Shown here: in pieces, positions 18,621-29,187 of the stretch
Layout: each line of letters begins with the position of its first letter
How positions within the stretch are numbered: position 1 is the first letter of the stretch
Virus record (IMG/VR): IMGVR_UViG_2140918002_000003
Coordinates: 1 to 63,087 of that record
DNA: 63,087 nucleotides
Source of the DNA: a virus
Lineage: Duplodnaviria > Caudoviricetes
Reading direction: 5' to 3' (one strand)
Translations under genes and position numbers: made by a program
Notes under the pieces: model-generated
The model's input: the letters and a program-made list of their open reading frames with translations, nothing else
What the model was told of the DNA's origin: nothing
Database searches by the model: none

Positions 18621-18912
18621 TTAGGATTTCGATTATTGATGATATAATAAAGTAAATAAATCTTTGCTATGTAGTGAATATAGTCAGAAAGTCTTGATAA
18701 ATTGAATGGTTTGTGATGGTGGGTTTGTGCTAAACTCTTTCTGGTAACAGAGTTTGCCAAGAGTGGGAACACCCACCATCACGATTGGTAAATATTCGAC
18801 AAGAAACAACCAATTGCTCCCATCCTTGACCCCAGTAGTTACGTAAAAGTTACCTAAAAAGTTGTCGGTTTGCCGGCAAAAAATTCCGAATTTGGGAAAG
18901 GCATGCTCGTAG

Positions 18913-18983
18913 ACCCCCCCGTGCAATTAAAACACCGGGGTTTTTTACCCCCCGTGCATTTAAAACACCCGGTAGTTTTTTAC
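18913..18983. repeat. Tandem duplication of an approximately 34-bp C-string element
   Basis: acccccccgtgcaattaaaacaccggggtttttt followed by accccccgtgcatttaaaacacccggtagtttttt. Confidence 0.85.
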
Positions 18984-19385
18984 TTAGAAGCGTTTTCCTC
19001 TAAGTATTTCATCAATCCTCTTGGCAAATGCATACCCATGACTCATCTTCCATTTGATATGCACAAGTTCATGGACCAGTGTTTGTCTTGCTTGTCCTAA
19101 TCCCCAAGGGACTTTGATTATTTCATAATAGCGATTATTCTTAGTTCCCTTGTAGACTTTGCTATGGACCGGTCCATTGAATTCTAGGTTCACTAGAATC
19201 ACATTGTCTTTGCGTGATGAGCAACCTAACCATCTATTTCTCTTTGTCTTGCGTTTATTCTTCACAAGCAAGTCCCATTCCTTTGGGTTGAATGTGATTC
19301 GTGGGATTGGGTCTATGCTCATTTGCTCTGAGTATTTGATTAGGTCCCTTGTAAGGACCTTTTGTTTTGCTAGTTTGTTTTTCAT
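18984..19385 (-). CDS. Zincin-like metallopeptidase (SprT/YgjP-like)
   Basis: RWLGC...ILVN...LVHELVH...HGYAF (HExxH plus downstream His). Confidence 0.8.
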   Translation of the reverse strand: MKNKLAKQKVLTRDLIKYSEQMSIDPIPRITFNPKEWDLLVKNKRKTKRNRWLGCSSRKDNVILVNLEFNGPVHSKVYKGTKNNRYYEIIKVPWGLGQARQTLVHELVHIKWKMSHGYAFAKRIDEILRGKRF

Positions 19386-19676
19386 TGTAAGTGTAAATTA
19401 GTTTTTATGGTTATTATGTCTTTTACGAGTGAACGATTTCTTATACAGTAACAAAGTAATAAAATCTTCTCGTCAACCTTTTACCCCGCTTTATCAGATT
19501 TTGGAAATAGTTAAGCACGTTTTACTAATGGGGGGACTAATTTTAAACACCCCCGTATTTCTACGGGGAATGGATGTTTTCAAACAAGTATGCATTCCGA
19601 GAGCACCTTGAATCAAGACCCCCGGTTGCACAAGAGTAGCAACTGCGTAGACCGCAGGGCATGCTATCCCTGACTA

Positions 19677-19847
19677 TTAACGAAAGTTCCTGCATTTACA
19701 TATTTCGTTTGAAAGTGTCTTTGTAACACAGATAAAGGAATGGTCCATTGCTTCCCAATGCCATTTACGTTCATGTCCACAGTCTAAACACGTCTCTTTA
19801 TCACATGTCCCTGAATTTGCAATATTGGTAGTTTTCCATGTATTCAC
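19677..19847 (-). CDS. 56-aa Cys/His Zn-binding protein (not in ORF track)
   Basis: GTG start; CLDCGHERKWH...C...CKC; divergent from the AbrB gene with a TATA-like element between. Confidence 0.55.
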   Translation of the reverse strand: MNTWKTTNIANSGTCDKETCLDCGHERKWHWEAMDHSFICVTKTLSNEICKCRNFR

Positions 19848-19887
19848 AGCATGTTTTATATATCACTGGCATTTAAAGTTACTTTTA

Positions 19888-20073
19888 ATGGCGTTAAGAA
19901 GTAAGATAGGAAAGACAAGTAACATGAGTCACAGAGTCACTATTCCACAGGGAATCATGGATTATCTGGATTTGAAAGGGGGAGACACACTTTATTGGAA
20001 GATGCACTTCTTTTCAGGACTCAGAGATGATGAGGTAAAGGTTGTAATTGTCAGCAGGGAAGAATTGAAATGA
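19888..20073 (+). CDS. AbrB/MazE/SpoVT-family regulator
   Basis: SHRVTIPQGIMDYLDLKGGDTLYW; ATG at 19888 is preferred because TTTTATA lies about 28 nt upstream. Confidence 0.8.
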   Translation: MALRSKIGKTSNMSHRVTIPQGIMDYLDLKGGDTLYWKMHFFSGLRDDEVKVVIVSREELK

Positions 20074-20209
20074 ACATCAAATTCAAGATAGAAGGATATG
20101 CAAACGGTCCTGATGAACCTGATACAAAGATGTATCTTGAGGAATTGATTAAGGACAATGACAAGATGCATATTGTTCAGAGGTTTGGAGTTGAGGTTGA
20201 AGAAATAGA

Positions 20210-21015
20210 TTGATTAAAGAACAAGAAAAGTTGAGTGCACAACTAAAGGAGTCACTGACTGATGAATGTCTTGAAGCAATTGGTCAACTCTGTAGATTTA
20301 TGATAAAGAATCCAAATTCATACGATCACTATACTCATGAAACATTTGAAGATATTGAATGGTTAGAGGGAATGATTAGAGGTATGCCATATGATTGAAA
20401 GACAATTCAGGGTTGAATTTGATACAAAACGAGGAAGCAATCTCATGTGGAGTGATATAATGACTACCAGAAAACTCAAAACTGATTTTGAAATAGCAAT
20501 CATTACTCCTGATGGAAATGCTCATTCAATATATATCAAAAGAAGAAAACTCTCAAAGATGTTGAATCTGACACTCAGGATGGAAAAATTGGATGATCAG
20601 GTCAATTGGAGTGTGTTAAGCAACAAATGATTAAACCTACTAGAGTTTTGATGGATAAGCAAGCAGAGAGATTCTATTACATTGATTCACAGAACAATGC
20701 ATATTCTGATAACAGGTTCCTTAAAAGGGTAAAGTGTGGACGTGGACATAAGATGTGGTCATCAGGTGCATTCATGATATGTGAACCGTGTGATGTTAAG
20801 ATTGAGTGTAAGATTATAACGTGAGAAGGAAAAAGAAAGTTGAACAAGAAGATACAGGAGCAGGAAATTTAGAAATGATTACAATGTTTGATAATACTAT
20901 TGAAGTGCGTAAGCAGTTTGTAGAGAGAGCAGAAAAGTATTTGGACCAAGAGACTCAACGTCTCAATGATGCAATCAAGAAAAAACAGGATTACTTGGAG
21001 AGTCTAAAGAAATGA
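20210..21015 (+). CDS. Run of four small hypothetical ORFs (20210-20398, 20391-20630, 20606-20824, 20821-21015)
   Basis: Overlapping plus-strand ORFs; one has CGRGH...CEPC. Confidence 0.6.
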
Positions 21016-21404
21016 AATGTAATCGTTGTGATAAAGATGCTACTGTGTGGTATAGTGAATGGGTTTGTGATGAACATCTAGGTGTAAAACTAAGAGAGGT
21101 CCATTGTAAATGATTAACCCATTTCATAGACATCATGTTTGGATCATAATGGGATTGAGAACCTATGCAATGAAAAGTCCTGTATTCAGGAAAAATGAAT
21201 TTACTTACAGAATAACTTGGGACTATGAACAATGCAGGAAGTGTGGGAAAAGGAAATGAGACCACCAAACATATTCGATGACCCTGCTAAATGGGAAGAA
21301 TATTTGAGACAATGCAACCTGCATGAAATTAAAGAATTAGAAGATGCCTTGGGTGACATTGCAGGAATTATTATAAAATTAATGCAAGAGGATTTGGAAA
21401 AAAT

Positions 21405-21758
21405 ATGAATATGTGGAAACTCTATTCTATTATAGCAATTATAATAATTGGACTTGTTGTAATACCGTTGATTGTTTATGGGGATGATAACGAAAGTGAT
21501 TTGGGATTATGTCTCAGACATTTCCAACGATATTGTGATAAGATAGATATTGAGAGAACAATGGATCAGTTATTACAAAGAGCAAGAGAATGGAATCTCA
21601 ATCATTCAGCATATGGACAGCAAACAGAATGCTTCAGTGATATCAATGATTTCTTTAGAGAAAAAATCAAACATATCAATGATACCGATATCACCATAGT
21701 ATTTCCATGTCCTGAGTTAAACAGGTCACAGATTCCAGAGGATGAATCAGGGAAATGA
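21405..21758 (+). CDS. Secreted or membrane-anchored Cys protein
   Basis: Signal peptide (VYG-D); possible paralogue of 16448-16870. Confidence 0.65.
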   Translation: MNMWKLYSIIAIIIIGLVVIPLIVYGDDNESDLGLCLRHFQRYCDKIDIERTMDQLLQRAREWNLNHSAYGQQTECFSDINDFFREKIKHINDTDITIVFPCPELNRSQIPEDESGK

Positions 21759-21897
21759 TTGAATATGAAATGGAACCTGATGAATGGTTGGAAGAACGCA
21801 AAGCAAAATTAGAACGTGAACTTGATATGATTGATAATTTACTCAGACAATTGCGTGAAGCAAGAAGGAAAAGAGCAAAGGAACAAGGATTAATCAA

Positions 21898-22116
21898 ATG
21901 AATCTCAGATTCAAATGTCCTGTTTGTGTTGGCATGGCAATGATTGGTGATTCTAATTTTGAGTCTGTGCATGTATATTCAATGGACAGACAACAACTAT
22001 TGGACCATCTAAAGAGTCATACAATAAACGAATTGCTAGAATATATTTATGAAGATGCAGAAGATTTCGATAACAATTATCATACGGACATAGATAACCC
22101 GGACCCGGAACTATGA
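21898..22116 (+). CDS. C2H2-type Zn-finger protein
   Basis: FKCPVC...LLDHLKSH. Confidence 0.65.
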   Translation: MNLRFKCPVCVGMAMIGDSNFESVHVYSMDRQQLLDHLKSHTINELLEYIYEDAEDFDNNYHTDIDNPDPEL

Positions 22117-22280
22117 AATTCTTTTGTAATTGCTGTATGAAAATAGGACCGGTCCCAATTCATAAAAACTGCAAATGTGATTTGTGTTCGGTATGTTGTG
22201 TCCATCCACCTCAAGGAAGTAAAGTGAAATGACAGCAGTAGGAAAGAAGCGTTATCGCAGACCAAGGACCAGAGGGAGAT

Positions 22281-22505
22281 ATGCAGGTGAATAAGATGTA
22301 TTGTTCTAAAAGAAATTGTTATAGAGAAATGTGTCCTGACCCTGACAATTATCAGGGATTCTGTGTTGAACATCTTACAGAACAAAGGAAAATATCAGCA
22401 TCACAGGATGCTGAATTTCAAGAAAAACTCAAGAAAAACCTAGAGAGTTTAAAAGAAGTTGAAGAAAGAATCAAAGCAAGGAAAGAACATAATGAAAAAG
22501 TGTAA
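22281..22505 (+). CDS. Zn-finger plus coiled-coil small protein
   Basis: CxxxxC...FCVEH followed by a charged helix. Confidence 0.55.
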   Translation: MQVNKMYCSKRNCYREMCPDPDNYQGFCVEHLTEQRKISASQDAEFQEKLKKNLESLKEVEERIKARKEHNEKV

Positions 22506-22612
22506 ATTTTTTAACACATGTGATTTTGTTCAACCAGAAGGATATACATGTAATCATGAAGAGGAAGCATGCCATTACTGCGGTAAATATAGAGAGAATA
22601 GATTGAGATAAA

Positions 22613-22804
22613 ATGAGTTCTGGGTTAAGAGGTAAGAAGATAGTTGCGTTTTCTTTTGATTGTCCCGACTGTAAAAATAAGATGACTTCAATAAATGAAA
22701 AAGAGATTTACAATATTATCAAGACAGGTGAAATGTGGTGTCCTCACTGCAATCTCATATTGAGATGTGGGACAAGAGAAAAAGATAAAATAGAATATGT
22801 CTAA
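22613..22804 (+). CDS. Zn-ribbon protein
   Basis: CPDC...CPHC. Confidence 0.65.
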   Translation: MSSGLRGKKIVAFSFDCPDCKNKMTSINEKEIYNIIKTGEMWCPHCNLILRCGTREKDKIEYV

Positions 22805-22989
22805 CCACAGGTGTGACATGACAACTACGATTCATTGTTCATCTTCTTATCATGCATGGTGTCCAGAAATGAGTGTCACTCAAGGGGGAGCGTGGGACTA
22901 CCGTGTGCTGTAGTGTATTGAGAAATCTCATAAAATTTTCAAGAATCTCCCCCATTGTATTTTTATAGAAGTATCTTCTAGTCTCTTTT

Positions 22990-23115
22990 GTGTGTGCTGA
23001 GTGCATTGATTATCATTGCAAACGATGCGGTGAACCTTTGCTCTTTGACCAAGGTGCATGTTTTCAGTGTGGACATGTCATCTTTGTTGATGAGCAGCAT
23101 CCTGTGCTTCAGTGA
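22990..23115 (+). CDS. 41-aa Zn-ribbon protein (different frame from ORF-track 22988-23218)
   Basis: GTG-CAECIDYHCKRCGEPLLFDQGACFQCGH...; TTTTATA about 23 nt upstream. Confidence 0.6.
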   Translation: MCAECIDYHCKRCGEPLLFDQGACFQCGHVIFVDEQHPVLQ

Positions 23116-23171
23116 GCACTCGATGTGGAGTTCAGGACCGCATGCCTATTTGACCCCCTCCCTCTTCTTAA

Positions 23172-23195
23172 ACCCCCCTCTGTTTCCACTGGAAC
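23172..23195 (-). promoter_or_regulatory. Archaeal origin recognition box (ORB)-like element
   Basis: Minus strand GTTCCAGTGGAAACAGAGGGGGGT: inverted-repeat core TCCA-N3-GAAAC plus G-string; intergenic. Confidence 0.75.
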
Positions 23196-23216
23196 TTCTA
23201 CGATTGCATAAGACCT

Positions 23217-23320
23217 AAAATAACGTTATTTATTTATTTATTTATTTATTAACAATATTTACTTCTTATGTCATAGTATATTTTAGAAATGTTATTAAAT
23301 AAATAACTTCTTTATAAAGG
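23217..23320. other. AT-rich tract with (TATT)n, candidate DNA unwinding element and promoter of 23322
   Basis: gttatttatttatttatttatttattaac...ttattaaataaataac, starting about 20 nt from the ORB. Confidence 0.55.
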
Positions 23321-23321
23321 A

Positions 23322-23657
23322 ATGACAAGTGTAACAGATTCCTTCTCATACTCACTGGATGAGAGGGAAATCGTCAAAAGAGCAAGGGAAATCGCATCAA
23401 CAATGGGAATTTCCTTCTCACAATATGTAATGCAATGCATTAAGGAGAATCAACAAAAAAAAGAAGTAGACCCGTGCGAAAGGTCAAACGAATCTATCGA
23501 AAGCGTATCATATAAACCTGCACTCGACACAAAGGATGTCTTTGAGATCACAAAATATGTCTCTCATATAGAAGAACCTGCAACCCTGAGACGACTCATG
23601 AGAAATTCACAAGTTATGAAGGACGTTGCAAGGACACATCTGAAAAAAAATCGGTAA
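23322..23657 (+). CDS. Ribbon-helix-helix (CopG-like) DNA-binding protein
   Basis: SFSYS strand, then EIVKRAREIASTMGISFSQYVMQCIKE helix pair. Confidence 0.65.
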   Translation: MTSVTDSFSYSLDEREIVKRAREIASTMGISFSQYVMQCIKENQQKKEVDPCERSNESIESVSYKPALDTKDVFEITKYVSHIEEPATLRRLMRNSQVMKDVARTHLKKNR

Positions 23658-23670
23658 CTGAAAACCTTTT

Positions 23671-23690
23671 AAGTTACCGTTTGGTAACTT
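23671..23690. promoter_or_regulatory. Palindromic operator AAGTTACC-GTTT-GGTAACTT at the promoter of 23697
   Basis: Perfect 8-bp arms, overlapping CTTTTAAG and ending 6 nt before the ATG. Confidence 0.7.
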
Positions 23691-23696
23691 ATTGGG

Positions 23697-23960
23697 ATGA
23701 TAAAATCATCTAAGATACCGAAAGGTAAGAAGGTTTATCGGAGTTATAGCAAAAACTATAAACTGAGACCAGAAACTATCAGGTTGATAAACAAACTTGA
23801 CAGAAGGAAAGTGATAGAAGGAAAGCAAATCACTATGAATGCCAAGATTTATCATTTGTTATCAATACTTGAGAAGTTCAAAGTAGATACGAATTCAAAG
23901 GCAAAAGTGGAAGTTATTGAAAAACCATACGAAACAGTTGAGGGTAGAGGAAATCAATGA
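23697..23960 (+). CDS. Probable RHH-like DNA-binding protein
   Basis: KNYKLRPETIRLINKL...TMNAKIYHLL. Confidence 0.55.
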   Translation: MIKSSKIPKGKKVYRSYSKNYKLRPETIRLINKLDRRKVIEGKQITMNAKIYHLLSILEKFKVDTNSKAKVEVIEKPYETVEGRGNQ

Positions 23961-24556
23961 AACAGATTTTATTTATTATATTAGCAGTATTGGTTGCTAC
24001 TGTTGTAATAGGACCTGTATATGCCAAGACATTGACAACCGACGATTTTACAGCACAATATCCAAACAATTGGAAATCAGAAAAAATGAATAGGTTCTCA
24101 GACCTCAATGCAAGACTCACATATGCAGGTAACACAGTTCAAATGAATTTTCAAGTAGGAGATCCAACAGACTTTTTATTCTTTGGTAATGATGAAATGG
24201 ATACAACCACACTTGAATCATTATCAGCAGACCTGTTCAATAATGGTGACACCTATGAATCAGGAGCAGACAAATACATTGTGAATAATCATACTGCACC
24301 ATATGCTATTACCAAATTTGAGACTGAAGGAAATTTATTTTTTAGCAATGGTCTTGAGATGGTGGGAATGGTAGTATTGGTTCATCTGAGTGAAGATAAA
24401 ATAGCACTGGTCCAATATGTTGCAGAACCAGATGACTTTGATAAATTCCTATCAAAAGCAGAAAAGGTAATCGAATCAATAACACCAAGTGGAGTTGTGA
24501 ATGAACAACCAGAAACACAACCAACAGCAGATAGTGGAGCAGATAGTCTAGTATGA
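23957..24556 (+). CDS. Secreted PsbP/DUF1795-like protein
   Basis: Signal peptide (VYA-K), FTAQYPNNW, and C-terminal VQYVAEPDDFDKFLSKAEKVIESI. Confidence 0.7.
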   Translation: MKQILFIILAVLVATVVIGPVYAKTLTTDDFTAQYPNNWKSEKMNRFSDLNARLTYAGNTVQMNFQVGDPTDFLFFGNDEMDTTTLESLSADLFNNGDTYESGADKYIVNNHTAPYAITKFETEGNLFFSNGLEMVGMVVLVHLSEDKIALVQYVAEPDDFDKFLSKAEKVIESITPSGVVNEQPETQPTADSGADSLV

Positions 24557-24870
24557 AACAGTCAACAGATAAGACAGTTGTTGTTTGGTTGCCAAGATGT
24601 AGAGTTTCCACATGTGAAAAACTCAGGGTGAAGTGTCCTGTTTGCAAGCATATGGGACATATCATGCCACACATAAATACAAGCAAAATCGGATCTGTTA
24701 TCATGAAAGTAGTGCATGGACATTTCACAGAGAATGAAGATGGTGGAAGAAATATCGCATGTGACATAGGCAAAGACGAAGCAAAACAACTTGAAATCAT
24801 TCCTTCTTGGAGACTTAGCAAACAGGGACTTGAAAGACTTGTATCAAAATGGAATGGGAAAAGAAAATGA
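24553..24870 (+). CDS. Zn-binding hypothetical protein
   Basis: CPVC...H...C; ATGA overlap. Confidence 0.6.
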   Translation: MKQSTDKTVVVWLPRCRVSTCEKLRVKCPVCKHMGHIMPHINTSKIGSVIMKVVHGHFTENEDGGRNIACDIGKDEAKQLEIIPSWRLSKQGLERLVSKWNGKRK

Positions 24871-24945
24871 GTTGGGATATTGAATGGGAAGAAACGAAAC
24901 CACAGAGGATTCACAACACAGATGCAGAATCAGATGCAGTGATGG

Positions 24946-27021
24946 TTGAGCATGAGAGAGAAAGAAAACACTTCATGGAGAATGATTCCGATGAGTAAGT
25001 CAGAAAAAAATTTAGGAAATATAGTCAGACGAGTTCCAACAGGAATTTTTGTAACACCTGATGAGGTAAAACTATCAGTTCAACTATACGGAGCATGGCA
25101 AGATAACAAGACTGAAGCAAACTGGAATATACATCTGGAATACTTTCAGAGGTTAGCAGCAAAACACAATCTTAAATGGTTTGAACATGAACTTGCACCA
25201 AATGGTGAATTCATTCTAGTGGTGAGAGACACAAAATGACATATCAGACATTTACTGAATTGTGTCCTGTGTGGAGTAAGAGAGTGTTGGAAGGACCGGC
25301 AAGTGATGTGGAGTTAAGACAATGGTTGCAGGAGATCCACTCCTTCCAATTTTGTATAACAGGTGAAGCATTTGGACATAGAAACATAGGTGAAGAGCAG
25401 AAGAAGAAAATGGAAATTGATTTTATGCCAAGATGTGATTCCTGTTATCGTTTGAGTAACGAGATAGCAAAAGTCTATACGGTATATAGGAAGGGAGTAA
25501 TGGAACCTATAGAGTTATTCATAGACCATTATAACACGGTCCATCAAGACGGAGTTAAAAAATGACAGGTATTGATGACATTATAAAAAATGTCAATAAG
25601 ACTAAATACATTGCTATTGAAACTCTGTTGACTCAGGAACTTGAACCAATACTTGCAAGGCATTTTGCAATGGGACCGCTTGGTATGCTTGCATGTTACA
25701 GTGTTGTATCGAAATTAAAGTTAGCATACTATGAAGCATTGAGGACATTGACAGTTGACAGAGATAAGTTTGATGTGATGATGAGAGAGGTTGATGACAA
25801 CATGTCAAACATGAATCCTGCAAAAGAGATGAGACCGTTTCTAGAAAAGTTTGCAAAAGATCATTGGGGGATTCCAGAATCAGAATGAGAACCAAAAATA
25901 AAAACGATAACAAGATTTTCAACACAAAGGAATTAAAAAAGAATTGGGAGACAAACGTCATCATATCACTTATTGTTGTTAGTTCATTTGCAACCGGTAT
26001 GTATTTCAGTAATCTTAATTTTACAAATCAACTTAATAAAGACAAGATTTCTGCTGATACCGTAACCACGACACTTGATGAGAGAAGTGCTAGTATAATG
26101 TCTGATTTAATGGATCAGACAGTTTCAAGTTGTTATTATGATTTGTATCTTGACCCGGATAAAGCAAACGGGACAACAACGACAAGCGGTGACATCTGCA
26201 ATAATGCAGTAATGTTCTATCAGGAGTTCTGTAAATGGGCAAGTCTTGATTCGTGTAACTCTGACTACTTCAAGAAATATATCAAGGGGATGGAAGGTTA
26301 ATGGAATTGTGTCCTATATGTAAGAAAGGTATTCCAGACTTGGAAATCAATTGGCATATTCAGGGTCACGTAGATGATGCAAGAGCAGATGGTGATATAG
26401 AATAATGAAGGTCCACGTAATAGACGTAGAACAGGGTGACAAACCAGAAACCGTTGCAAAAGGTTTGTATGAAATGATACGAAAAGAGAATCCGGAATTA
26501 TTAAAACATAGAAAACCACATGGGAAATATACCGATTACATAGTGCAAATTCACATACAAACTGGCATGGATTTATTTCCACTTGTAAGAGAACTTAGAA
26601 AACATTTGCAAGCGTTCATGGATGACAATAAAATAGATAATGATCCCATGTCATTCGTTACTACAGAGTATGATAAAGTCATAGACAGATACACACACTT
26701 TGAAGGCAAGAACAATGGTTCAGGATATCGTGAATGGTGTTCATACGACAAGGGAGAGGGATACTAATGATACCTGAAAACTATGACAAGTATGAAGAGT
26801 TCATTGAAGTGTTGAATCTTGATATGAAGTGTGGATTTTGCAGCACACTGCTACGGGAAGAAGATATAAGCATGTATGATCATGAAGGTGGAATCGCAGT
26901 CAAGGGTCATCTAGAGAAGCAGTGGGTATACGTCACATGTCCTAATGAAATATGTAACTATCAGTGGGCATGGCATAAGATAGTAAAACGTGCAAAGGCA
27001 ATGGGGAAGATTAGCATATGA
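24946..27021 (+). CDS. Run of hypothetical ORFs (24946-25239, 25236-25565, 25562-25888, 25864-26301 membrane-anchored, 26405-26767, 26734-27021 Zn-ribbon)
   Basis: Co-oriented and mostly overlapping ORFs; no functional motif beyond TM segments and CxxC. Confidence 0.65.
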
Positions 27022-27293
27022 ATAAGATTCTCATAGGAGTAGCAATAACCGCATTACTTGTGATCACTGGAATTGTTATCTATGAATTTGCAGAACAGCA
27101 GTATGCAAAACTGCAAACAGCAAAGACAGTTGACCCAAAATACGGTAACTGTGATTTAAATCCTACATACTATTGGTGTGAAAAGTGAATAATCAAGAGA
27201 TGTTTTCAAAATTGTTTGATATACTTGATGATTACTATTTTGAACCCAAAAGCATTCCATTATCTGACCCTAGACCTTTAATAACAAGACTTT

Positions 27294-27947
27294 TTGAACT
27301 CTTTGAGAATGGTGAACAAAGTGTGGATGAGGGGGAAAGGAGAAGGCATGACACATAAAAAGATGGGAGACTTTGTAAAACGTCTCCTGCTTGAAATGAA
27401 ATTTAATCCAGTTGTAAGAGATTATGCAGTGCATCATCAGGATTCAAACTCAGAAAATGAATGGTTGCGTAGACCACAGGGAGTTTATCATGAATGGGAT
27501 GTTTGCGGTTTTACATGGTTTATCAATCCTGATACAAGAGAGAAAATTAAGTTCAAATATTATGTAGATATTGATGGTGAATGGCATGGACCTAAACGAC
27601 AGAGGAACAAAGATGAGAATGCAGACCTAGCATTAGCAGAATACTACAAGAAACATCCAGAGAAAGGACACTACATGTCAATACGATTGCAGAAAGAAAT
27701 GGTCCTTACAGCAATGAAAGATGATTCATACCGTGATACATTATGTCTGCAACTATTTCCAAATCTTCCCGGCAGTCCTGTTTCATTCTTACCACATATG
27801 GTAAAGGACTTAGAAGAGGAGAAGATAAGAGGAGACTTGCAGGATGATTGCTGTGATGATAATCCTGTGGAAGATGGACAACCTGATGAGCAGAAGGAAT
27901 GGCAAGACGTTGAAGGCATTGAACAGGAGATGTATTCAATAGATTGA
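27294..27947 (+). CDS. PD-(D/E)xK endonuclease, Vsr/DUF559-like
   Basis: HEWDV...VDIDGEWHG...QRNKD matches the (E/D)xDGxxH...QxxxD pattern; the real start may be a later Met. Confidence 0.7.
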   Translation: MNSLRMVNKVWMRGKGEGMTHKKMGDFVKRLLLEMKFNPVVRDYAVHHQDSNSENEWLRRPQGVYHEWDVCGFTWFINPDTREKIKFKYYVDIDGEWHGPKRQRNKDENADLALAEYYKKHPEKGHYMSIRLQKEMVLTAMKDDSYRDTLCLQLFPNLPGSPVSFLPHMVKDLEEEKIRGDLQDDCCDDNPVEDGQPDEQKEWQDVEGIEQEMYSID

Positions 27948-28387
27948 AACTAGAATTCGATTATAGGATAGATGGAAAGATTCATCACTTTGAATTTAAT
28001 TTTACAGGTGGAAGCAATTATCAGTTCAAGATAGATGATGAGGTTATGATACAGAAACTAGGTGATTGAATGAAATGAATGTCAATCAGATAAAAGAACA
28101 CCTGCTTGAATCTAAGAATCTAATACTTCAAGCAATGAGAAAGTCAAAAGATATAGCAGAGATACGAGAGTTATCAAAAGCATTGGACCAGTTGGATGCT
28201 GCATATGCAGAGTTGAGTGTGAAGTGACAGATATTATTTTTAGTTGTCCTTCATGTGGTGAAAGTTTAGAACCTGAGAAAATCAAAATAGGATACAAGTA
28301 TCTTGATGAGAACCGTGAGCATGTGGAATACAAGATAACAGTTGTATGCAAAGAGTGTGGGTTTGCACCAAGGATTACTGAAGTGGG

Positions 28388-28672
28388 ATGATAGAGTGTG
28401 AAGGTTGCAAAACAACACTGGATGATTATGACCCAGTTAACAAGACATGGCGTGAGACCCACAATGGCAAGATTCATGATTGTCCACAGAAGGAAAAGTT
28501 GATTGCAGCACTCAAAGAAAGAAGGGATAAGGACCATCCAATAGACCCTAACGTTAGATATATTGAAGGATTGACAAGATGCAAAAAATGTGGTGCAAAA
28601 TACTCATTGAGATTACCATACTGTCCTCAATGTAGAAAAGAGTTTATCAAGAGTTTGTTTAAAGAGAAATGA
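28388..28672 (+). CDS. Double Zn-finger protein
   Basis: CEGC...HDC and CKKC...CPQC. Confidence 0.65.
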   Translation: MIECEGCKTTLDDYDPVNKTWRETHNGKIHDCPQKEKLIAALKERRDKDHPIDPNVRYIEGLTRCKKCGAKYSLRLPYCPQCRKEFIKSLFKEK

Positions 28673-29139
28673 GTCTTTCACATGCGGGGTCTGATTCCCC
28701 TGATTTTGAACCTGAGACATACACTGAGTTAAGACGTGAGTTAGAACTTGAGAAACGAAAACTATCAGCATCAGTTAAAAAGACAGCAGAGCACTATGAG
28801 AACACTTTAAAATTACAGGACAGACTAGACAATTTCTATAAGAATAAGATATGTCCTACATGCTTTGTAACAGGATGCAAGGTCCACTGCAATACCTGTG
28901 GACGGGAGACAAAGTTCTCTCATGGTGATAAAGTCTACATGGATAAGACAACATCTCGTATTTGCATTCTCAATATGGATGGGAGTGAGCACAGGATGTG
29001 CAGTGTCAAAGGTCCATATGGAGTTGCAGAGTTGGACCGAGAATGGATGGATAATTACAGAAAGCAGGATGCAGCAAGAATTGCAGGGACAAGAGTATGG
29101 GTTAACAAAAATGATTACTACAACAAAAGGAATCCATAA
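28669..29139 (+). CDS. Coiled-coil plus Zn-finger protein
   Basis: CPTC, CKVHCNTC and H..C motifs. Confidence 0.65.
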   Translation: MSLSHAGSDSPDFEPETYTELRRELELEKRKLSASVKKTAEHYENTLKLQDRLDNFYKNKICPTCFVTGCKVHCNTCGRETKFSHGDKVYMDKTTSRICILNMDGSEHRMCSVKGPYGVAELDREWMDNYRKQDAARIAGTRVWVNKNDYYNKRNP

Positions 29140-29187
29140 TGAAGAGTAGACGAGCAATCTTTAAATAAGATTTCTTTTTTTCTTTTA

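Noticed and set aside
19590-19676. Short GC-rich stems as a tRNA or structured RNA
   Set aside because: Only 5-6 bp stems; no cloverleaf, T-loop or other family signature. I recognised no tRNA or rRNA gene anywhere in the window.
22988-23218. ORF-track 76-aa ORF overlapping the ORB
   Set aside because: An alternative frame (22990-23115) encodes a clear Zn ribbon and leaves the ORB intergenic.
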